The position numbers and the translations under genes are program-made. The notes beneath the pieces are model-generated. The model was given only the letters and a program-made list of their open reading frames with translations, had not been told where the DNA came from and made no database searches. A stretch of 64,000 nt of DNA, taken from Chiloscyllium plagiosum. Lineage: Eukaryota. Below, one piece after another: positions 61,853-64,000 of the stretch; positions within the stretch are counted from its first letter, which is position 1; the number at the start of each line of letters is the position of its first letter. The DNA lies in NCBI RefSeq assembly GCF_004010195.1, contig NC_057720.1:5801086-5865085 (forward strand), written 5' to 3'.

Positions 61853-64000
61853 AATAGAACATAGAACATTACAGCGCGGTACAGGCCCTTCGGCCCTCGT
61901 TGCGCCAACCTGTAAAACCAATTTGAAACCCATCTAACCTACACTTTTCCATTATCATCCATATGTTTATCCAATGACCATTTAAATGACCTTAAAGTTG
62001 GTGAGTCTAATGCTGTTGCAGGCAGGGCGTTCCCACGCCCCTACTACTCTCTGAGTAAAGAAACTACCTCTGACATCTGTCCTATATCTATCAGCCCTCA
62101 ATTTAAAGCTATGTCCCCTCATGCTAGCCATCACCATCCAAGGAAAAAGGCTCTCACTGTCCACCCTATCTAACCCACTGATTATCTTATATCTCTCAAT
62201 TAAGTCACCTCTCAACCTTCTCTCGAACAAAAACAGCCTCAAGCCTCTCAGCCTTTCCTCATAAGACCTTTCCTCCATACCAGACAACATTCTAGTAGAT
62301 TTCCTTTGAACCCTTTCCAAAGCTTCCCCATCCTTTCTGAGAATGCGGTGACCAGAACTGCACACAATACTCCAAGTGCGGTTGCACCAGAGTTTTGTAC
62401 AGCTGCAGCATGGCCTCATGTCTCCAAAGCTCATTGCCTGTACCAATAAAAGCCAACACAGTGTACGCCTTCTTAACAACCCTATCAATTTGGGTGGCAA
62501 CTTTCAGGGATCTATGTACATGGACACCGAGATCTCTCTGCTCATCGACACTACCAAGAATCTTACCATTTGCCCAGTCCTCTGCATTCCTGTTGCTCCT
62601 TCTAAAGTAAATCATCTCACACTTTTTCACATTGAACTCCATTTGCCACCTCTCAGCCCAGCTCTGCAGCTTATCTATGTCCCTCTGTAACCTGCAACAT
62701 CCTTCAGCAATATCCACAACTCCACGACCTTAGTGTCATCTGCAAATTTGCTAACTCATCCTTTTACGCCCTCATCTAGGTCATTTATAAAAATGACAAA
62801 CAGCAGTGAGGGGTAGATCTTGCCTTACAAGTCTTATTGAATTCTTTGAGGAGGTGACCAAGCATGTGGATGAGGGCAGAGCAGTGGATGTAGTATACAT
62901 GGATTTTAGTAAGGCATTTGATAAGGTTCCCCATGGTAGGCTTATGCGGAAAGTCAGGAGGCATGGGATAGTGGGAAATTTGGCCAATTGGATAGAAAAC
63001 TGGCTAACCGGTCGAAGTCAGAGAGTGGTGGTAGATGGTAAATATTCAGCCTGGAGCCCAGTTACAAGTGGAGTTCCGCAAGGATCAGTTCTGGGTCCTC
63101 TGCTGTTTGTAATCTTTATTAATGGCTTGGAAGAGGGAGTTGAAGAGTGGGTCAGTAAATTTGCAGACGATGCAAAGATTGGTGGAGTTATGGATAGTGA
63201 GGAGAGCTGTTGTCAGCTGCAAAGGGACTTAGAAATGATGCAGAGCTGGGCTGATGAATGGCAGATGGAGTTCAACCCTGCCAAGTGTGAGGTTGTCCAT
63301 TTTGGAAGGACAAATAAGAATGCGGAATACAGGGTTAACGGTAGGGTTCTTAGTAAGGTGGAGGAGCAGAGGGATCTTGGGGTCTATGTACATAGATCNN
63401 NNNNNNNNNNNNNNNNNNNNNNNNNNNNNNNNNNNNNNNNNNNNNNNNNNNNNNNNNNNNNNNNNNNNNNNNNNNNNNNNNNNNNNNNNNNNNNNNNNNN
63501 NNNNNNNNNNNNNNNNNNNNNNNNGAAGGATGAGGGGTGACTTGATCGAGGTTTATAAGATGATCAGAGGAATAGGTAGAGTAGACAGTCAGAAACTTTT
63601 TCCCCGGGTGCAACAGAGTGTTACAAGGGGACATAAATTTAAGGTGAAGGGTGGAAGGTATAGGGGAGATGTCAGGGGTGGGTTCTTTACCCAGAGAGTG
63701 GTGGGGGCATGGAATGCGCTGCCTGTGGGAGTGGCAGAGTCAGAATCATTGGTGACCTTTAAGCGGCAATTGGATAGGTACATGAATAGGTGCTTAAGCT
63801 AGGACAAATGTTTGGCACAACATCGTGGGCCGAAGGGCCTGTTCTGTGCTGTATTGTTCTATGTTCTATGTAGCAGTGGACCCAAAACAGATCCGTGTGG
63901 TACACTGCAAGTAACTGAACTCCAGGATGAACATTTCCCATCAACCACCATCCTCTATCTTCTTACAGTTAGCCAATTTCTGATCAAAACTGCAAAATCA
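61853..64000 (-). mobile_element. CR1 LINE (minus) interrupted by a younger plus-strand CR1
   Basis: LQRDIDKLQSWAERWQMEFN...[17 protein letters not shown]; resumes at 63872. Confidence 0.92.
62809..63871 (+). mobile_element. Young 5'-truncated CR1 (RT core) nested in CR1
   Basis: SCLTSL...YMDFSKAFDKV...VTSGVPQGSVLGPLLF...KFADD; TSD AGCAGTG at 62802-62808 and 63872-63878. Confidence 0.93.

Noticed and set aside
63399..63524. Apparent internal deletion in the nested CR1 (126 N where about 290 nt are expected from 43680-43968)
   Set aside because: Gap sizes are estimates, so this cannot be told apart from an assembly artefact.

Overview
64 kb of vertebrate nuclear DNA, almost certainly from a shark (elasmobranch). 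This rests on many HE1-type tRNA/V-SINEs and HER1-like CR1 LINEs; a bamboo-shark-like species is only a guess. It is intronic or intergenic: I recognise no host protein-coding gene, rRNA, true tRNA or CRISPR array, and every recognisable ORF belongs to a retroelement. The repeats are several CR1 subfamilies (one near-full-length with esterase ORF1 and EN-RT ORF2), a Rex1/Babar LINE, a Zenon-like LINE with a partner SINE, L2/Deu-SINE relics, one Tc1/pogo-type MITE and three Penelope-like element (PLE) families, called A, B and C here. All three PLE families carry minimal hammerhead ribozyme motifs with a palindromic helix III. The most striking unexplained structure is a set of PLE-derived fold-back insertions (about 150-840 bp) with one complete arm, one truncated arm and 12-15 bp target-site duplications (TSDs). 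One of them encloses a doubly truncated HE1 SINE as cargo. Several insertions also carry locally templated duplications (22, 32, 45 and 134 bp), pointing to template-switching or repair-associated capture. There are five N-gaps. Coordinates were read by eye; boundaries of old repeats are approximate (tens of bp).
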